DNA from: Gammaproteobacteria bacterium
Lineage (GTDB): Bacteria; Pseudomonadota; Gammaproteobacteria; GCA-002705445; GCA-002716945
Length of the DNA stretch: 64,000 nt
NCBI GenBank assembly: GCA_038142325.1
Contig: JAYQJW010000002.1
Location: forward strand, 256,001-320,000
Reading direction: 5' to 3'
The position numbers and the translations under genes were made by a program. The notes beneath the pieces are model-generated. The model saw only the letters and a list, made by a program, of their open reading frames with translations, searched no databases and was not told the DNA's origin. This document shows positions 59,521-64,000 of the stretch, piece after piece (the first letter of the stretch is position 1; every line of letters begins with the position of its first letter).

Positions 59521-59634
59521 ATGGCAGAAAAGGATAAATCTAAAAAAATAATCATGCTAGAAGTATTGAAGCTGATTGTGATAGGAATATCACTAGTCGG
59601 TCTATCCACCATTATTTTGATATCCATCAAATAA
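59521..59634 (+). CDS. Putative 37-aa single-TM microprotein
   Basis: MAEKDKSKKIIMLEVLKLIVIGISLVGLSTIILISIK, 14 nt after the previous ORF. Confidence 0.45.
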   Translation: MAEKDKSKKIIMLEVLKLIVIGISLVGLSTIILISIK

Positions 59635-59780
59635 AAATACTAGTCTTTATAGTATGTATGTGCTGCTAGTAGTAACACCAAGAAACCTATCACGAACTGA
59701 TATACATAGAATGCGATTAAGCTAAATATCACTAAGATGACTGCCTTTTTTTCTCTGGACATGTATTGTAGTATATACCT

Positions 59781-60008
59781 ATGTTTGAACAGCATGAACA
59801 CAAACATGATGACCACTGTCATCATGATGAGCATGAGATTGCTACAGATGTACAAGTCTGTCATCAATGCGGCAAAGTTCACTCAGTATTTTTTATTAAA
59901 GAACACCACTGTTTAGAAGAAACATTATCAACAAAATTAATAATTCTTCTTGAACAAACTCATAAAAACTTTTTTTCTACTCGAGCTCCACCATATTCAG
60001 TTAATTAA
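59781..60008 (+). CDS. His/Cys-rich upstream ORF with CxxC and C-terminal RAPP (DUF2946/CruR-like arrest peptide)
   Basis: 12 His, 4 Cys (CHQC), ends FFSTRAPPYSVN; 30 nt upstream of a TonB-dependent receptor. Confidence 0.75.
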   Translation: MFEQHEHKHDDHCHHDEHEIATDVQVCHQCGKVHSVFFIKEHHCLEETLSTKLIILLEQTHKNFFSTRAPPYSVN

Positions 60009-60038
60009 ACGTTTTAATTAACCTAAAAAGGAGCAAAA

Positions 60039-62005
60039 ATGAACATTTTTAAAAATGCGCTATTTTTAGCGTTTGTCGTCATATCTCATGCGCATGCAGA
60101 GGATATGACACCTATTGAAATTCAGTCATCCATATTGTCTAACACGGTGACTGAAAATCAAAATACTGTAACCATAATACCCGGCGTAGATATTGAATCA
60201 TCACAATCTATCGGTACAAACTTGAGGAGTATTCCTGGAGTATCGAATTCTGATTATGGCACATCAGTTGGGCAGCCAGTGATTAGGGGACTTGGAGGTA
60301 GTAGAGTAAAAGTACTATCTAATAATAACTATGTAAGTGATTTGAGTTTTTTAGCGCTGATCATCCTGTTATGTTAAACATCAACCATGCTTCTCATATT
60401 GAGGTAATCAAAGGACCAACATCACTATTTAATCATAGCGGTAATACAGGTGGCGTAGTCAATGTAATTACAGATTCATCTACAAATAAGTTATATAGTG
60501 AGGAGAAAATAAGCTTTGGTAGGTCTTACGATACAGTAAGCGAAGGTTATTCAAATAATTTTCTTCTAAAAAAGAATATAAATGATCTTGCTGTGTATAT
60601 ATCTCATGATAAAAGGGATTATTTTAAATATGATTTATCTGAGGGATCATTTTTTGAAGAAGGAACAGAGGTGCGTACACTCAATAACTCTGATTATGCA
60701 GACAAGAGCTCAACAATCGGATTGTCTATGATTAAAGATTGGGGATATTTCAATTTTTCTTTTATTAATAATAAAGGAACATATGGAATAGCATATCATG
60801 CTGAAGAGGAGGAGGAAGAAGAGGAAGAAGGGGAACATAGAATTTACAGCGCTCATAAGTCGGACACATATAATTTTATTGGAAGATTAGATAATCTAAG
60901 CTTTGCTAATTCTCTTGATTTTTCTGTAAGCAACACTAACGCTCACATTAAAGAGCATGAAGAAGATGGAACTTTTAAGGTTATGAATAATAACTCTACT
61001 GCATATAATTTAAAGTTTAATTTTGACTCGGTAAATCAAGAACGAAGATTATTATTGAACTATGAACATGCTAAGTCACCATTTTCTAGTAATGCATACG
61101 TACCAAAATCTGAGAGTTTCAACAGATCTTTGGCTTATTATTCTGAAGCAAGCTTATCTAATATGAATATTGCATATGCTCTTAGGTATGATTTCAATGA
61201 AAGATTAACATCAACCAAGAATTATGAAGACTCTGCAATTAGTTTTTCAGCAAATACTGCTCAACAAATTAATGATAGCTTGTCTTACAACTTAGGCTTT
61301 TCTCATGTCTCTAGAAGTCCTAATATGGCTGAGCTATTTGCAGACGGTAAACACGGCCCTACAAATAGATATGAAAAGGGAAATAGTTCTCTTGAAAGAG
61401 AAGTATCAAACAATATCGATATAGGATTAAATTTCAAACATGGAATTTCTAGCATAGATTTATCCTTGTTTAGAAATGACATCAAAGACTTTATTTATTT
61501 ACGAGATTTAGGCACGACCTTATATGACGGAGAACACCAGGATGCTGATTGGTCTCAAAAAGATGCCGTATTTCAAGGTTATGAAGTTTCATATACAAGA
61601 CCATTTACTTTGGGGGATAGAGATTTGTATCTAACTCTTAGTAGAGATGATATTTCTGCAGTCTTTGATAATGATACGTACGTACCTAGAATACCAAGTG
61701 CTAAAAATACAATAGGTCTAACACTATTGGGTGACAAGAATGAGAAGTATTCAATGAGCTTGATTTATGCAGAAAGCCAAAAAGATTTCTCTTCTATTGA
61801 GACCTCGACAAATTCTTATGTAGATCTTGCAGTCAAGTATACTAATAAAATTAGATTGGGTGATAAACAAGATCTTAATGTCATGCTTTATGGTAATAAC
61901 TTATTGGACAAGACAAGAAGAAATCATGCATCTTTTGTAAAAGCACATGTTCCACTTCCAGCAACAAGCTTTGGTTTTAATGTTTCGTTAGATTATAAGT
62001 TTTAG
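60039..62005 (+). CDS. TonB-dependent receptor, ZnuD-like; frameshift in T-run 60347-60352
   Basis: AAGGAG RBS, signal peptide, plug IPGVS..GQPVIRGLGGSRVKVL..SDLSFFSADH, IEVIKGP, RSPNMAELFADGKH, NNLLD..RNHASFVK, terminal YKF. Confidence 0.9.
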
Positions 62006-62020
62006 TAATCTTGTGCATTC

Positions 62021-62056
62021 TGGCTATGTTTAGAGATTCTTCTCTAGACATAGCTA
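62021..62056 (+). terminator. 16-bp stem-loop after the receptor gene (possible terminator/stabiliser; no U-tract on +)
   Basis: TGGCTATGTTTAGAGA-TTCT-TCTCTAGACATAGCTA with two G-U pairs. Confidence 0.55.
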
Positions 62057-62087
62057 AACAATGGATTATTTAAGCTATAATTAAGAC

Positions 62088-62462
62088 ATGGATACTTTTA
62101 AACTCATATTATTATTTTTTATAGCCTCGATATTGACTGTTCAAACAAACATTTCCTTGCTTGCAAAAGAAAAAGAATACACGCGAAAAGATATTTTAGT
62201 ATGTTCCGCTTATCATTTCAGAGCAAAACTTAATAATCAGTATTCAATGAAACAAAAATACGATTACCATAGTGAATACTTTGAAGCTCTTCAGAAGAAG
62301 TTTCTTGAGGAAAACCAACAATCATCTTTGTCTGATTATATATTATCAATTACAAGTATTATGGAATCATGGTCTTACATTGCTCAAGAGCATAATAGAA
62401 ATTATGCAAATAATAAAATTGAATCTGAATTTGGAAAATTATGTAACACGATTTTAAAATAG
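62088..62462 (+). CDS. Secreted helical hypothetical protein
   Basis: Signal peptide, two Cys (CSAYH ... KLCN). Confidence 0.7.
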   Translation: MDTFKLILLFFIASILTVQTNISLLAKEKEYTRKDILVCSAYHFRAKLNNQYSMKQKYDYHSEYFEALQKKFLEENQQSSLSDYILSITSIMESWSYIAQEHNRNYANNKIESEFGKLCNTILK

Positions 62463-62468
62463 TTTTTC

Positions 62469-62645
62469 TTATTTCTTTATTTTTTTCGTACCACCGTATT
62501 GGTAATTTGATGAAAACTTAATTTTTATCTCAGCGAGACACTTTTGGCATAAAAATACCCATTCCTTTTTATTATCATATCTACATCTAAATAGTGCTGT
62601 AGAGCTCTGCGAGCAGTGATGACACACTTTATTGCCTTTCACCAT
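62469..62645 (-). CDS. 58-aa zinc-ribbon-like protein (not in ORF track)
   Basis: MVKGNKVCHHCSQSSTALFRCRYDNKKEWVFLCQKC...YQYGGTKKIKK; two CxxC. Confidence 0.7.
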   Translation of the reverse strand: MVKGNKVCHHCSQSSTALFRCRYDNKKEWVFLCQKCLAEIKIKFSSNYQYGGTKKIKK

Positions 62646-62652
62646 ATTTCTC

Positions 62653-62841
62653 TCAAGGAGCTAAATTCATAGCAAGTATAAGCCCAAGTATGCTACTAAC
62701 TACCCAAAATAAAAACAAAAAAGCTAATATGTCAGCTAATGTTTTGTATTGATAATTGACGATATCTTTTAAATAAATAGGCCTCAATATGAAGTAGACA
62801 ATCAAAACTGATAATAAACTTATAAGAGATATTTGGCTCAT
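62653..62841 (-). CDS. Small two-TM hypothetical protein
   Basis: 62 aa, two hydrophobic segments, 7 nt upstream of the zinc-ribbon ORF. Confidence 0.6.
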   Translation of the reverse strand: MSQISLISLLSVLIVYFILRPIYLKDIVNYQYKTLADILAFLFLFWVVSSILGLILAMNLAP

Positions 62842-62963
62842 TTATCAATGATATCAAGAAAACAAAAGCCTGCATACAAACGTCAAATACTAAGTATTAT
62901 TACGAAGTTCCTGTTAAAATCTTATTGTTTTTATTAATTATAATTTAGTATATATTCTAGACA

Positions 62964-63086
62964 ATGTTTGATTACGCACCTTATATATTCTGGGCATACT
63001 TTTTAGTTCTAGTACCAATGGTATTAGTAGTATTTATTTTAATATATAAAGGCAGACAGATAAAAAAACAAATTTCGAATAAATAA
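62964..63086 (+). CDS. ccmD: Heme exporter protein CcmD (not in ORF track)
   Basis: MFDYAPYIFWAY + TM + basic tail; 8 nt before ccmE. Confidence 0.8.
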   Translation: MFDYAPYIFWAYFLVLVPMVLVVFILIYKGRQIKKQISNK

Positions 63087-63094
63087 GGAATCCC

Positions 63095-63550
63095 ATGAAA
63101 AAAAGATCAGCTAGAATCTACTATGTTTCTTTCTTGCTCATAATATTAGGTTTTGTTTTGTATTTATTTATAAATACATTTAATGATAATTTGCTCTATT
63201 ATCGCAGTCCTACTCAACTGGTAAATGGCAATTTCCCTGATAACTATATATTCAGAATAGGAGGTATGGTCGAAGAGGGTTCTTTGATAAGAGAAAGCGG
63301 CACTAAGAAAGTATCTTTCAATGTTACAGATTTTGATAATAAGGTTACAGTTAAATATGATGGAATATTACCTGATTTGTTTAGAGAAGGTCAGGGTGTT
63401 GTTATAAGAGGGCATCTAGAAAAAGATTATTTCGTAGCTGAAGAGGTTTTAGCTAAACATGATGAAACATACATGCCTCCTGAAGTACAAGAATCTCTTG
63501 GTTTGAGTGAAGAGAGTAAATCTAAGACGATTAAAAGTATTAAAGAATGA
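63095..63550 (+). CDS. ccmE: Cytochrome c maturation heme chaperone
   Basis: RIGGMV, YDGILPDLFREGQGVV, EVLAKHDETYMPPEV. Confidence 0.97.
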   Translation: MKKRSARIYYVSFLLIILGFVLYLFINTFNDNLLYYRSPTQLVNGNFPDNYIFRIGGMVEEGSLIRESGTKKVSFNVTDFDNKVTVKYDGILPDLFREGQGVVIRGHLEKDYFVAEEVLAKHDETYMPPEVQESLGLSEESKSKTIKSIKE

Positions 63551-64000
63551 TTATAGATATTGGTTATATTGGTTATTTTCTTCTTTTGATAGGATTAATG
63601 AACTGCATCATTCTTTTGACTCCTAAGCTTGTTAGTGATTTAAATATTTCTAGTGAAATATTATTTTCTGCATCTAAAGCGCATTTTCCTATAATATTAT
63701 TATCTTTTTTATGTCTGATTGTTACATTTGTTGGAGAAGACTATTCGCTAGACTATGTAGCTAAGAATTCAAATTCGAATTTACCCTTGATATATAAGAT
63801 CTCAGCTGCATGGGCAGGTCACGAAGGGTCAATGCTCTTATGGTGTGTTGTCTCAAGTTTTTGGATGTTTCTTGCAAGCTATTATAGTAAAAACCTCTCT
63901 AAGAGTTTAAGAGTTAATTTCTTAGCTATTATGGGCTTACTTAATCTTGGCTTTTTACTTTTTGTTGTTGCTACATCAAATCCATTTGATAGAAATATGA
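63547..64000 (+). CDS. ccmF: Heme lyase CcmF, 3'-truncated by window edge
   Basis: ATGA overlap with ccmE; DYSLDYVAKNSNSNLPLIYKISAAWAGHEGSMLLW, TSNPF. Confidence 0.95.
   Translation, partial: MIIDIGYIGYFLLLIGLMNCIILLTPKLVSDLNISSEILFSASKAHFPIILLSFLCLIVTFVGEDYSLDYVAKNSNSNLPLIYKISAAWAGHEGSMLLWCVVSSFWMFLASYYSKNLSKSLRVNFLAIMGLLNLGFLLFVVATSNPFDRNM

Noticed and set aside
59740-59780. Zur box upstream of the uORF/ZnuD-like receptor
   Set aside because: ATGTATTGTAGTATATACC is only weakly palindromic and a poor match to TGTTATA-W-TATAACA
59640-59882. 80-aa hydrophobic minus-strand ORF
   Set aside because: Its Met-rich 5' half is the reverse complement of the His/Asp codons of the RAPP uORF; a shorter TM ORF from ATG 59762 cannot be excluded but is unsupported
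63559-63576. 9-nt tandem ATTGGTTAT x2 at the ccmF start
   Set aside because: In-frame IGY duplication with no functional signal; possibly a consensus artefact

Overview
AT-rich (roughly 30% GC by eye), extremely gene-dense chromosome segment with gammaproteobacterial gene order, consistent with a streamlined marine bacterium (inference). Positions 1-53.9 kb are mostly housekeeping: aprA (APS reductase), cca, uppP, folate genes, rpmBG, desA, mutM, purDH, fis, accBC, aroQ, dsbD, groESL with a CIRCE element, fadD, a Fur-boxed Fe(III) ABC transporter, ilvE, LPS core genes, tolC, thiC, metY, dinB, mreBCD, gatCAB, prfA/prmC, hemA, ispE, tRNA-Gln, prs, rplY, pth and ychF. After ychF, a tRNA-Met lacks its 3' acceptor strand, and a degenerate copy of that end appears about 0.84 kb downstream. 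An accessory region (~54-63 kb) dominated by metal handling follows. It contains a CsoR-operator-controlled operon (outer-membrane barrel, periplasmic CxxC HMA protein, MerT-like protein, CsoR), a divergent Fur-boxed mini beta-barrel, and a His/Cys-rich, TM-less upstream ORF ending in the ribosome-arrest motif RAPP plus a hairpin, directly before a ZnuD-like TonB-dependent receptor. The last is the best candidate for an undescribed metal-sensing translational switch. The window ends in ccmDEF. Many essential genes carry single-base homopolymer indels or isolated in-frame stops, most likely long-read consensus errors, so any claim resting on a single base needs read-level confirmation.
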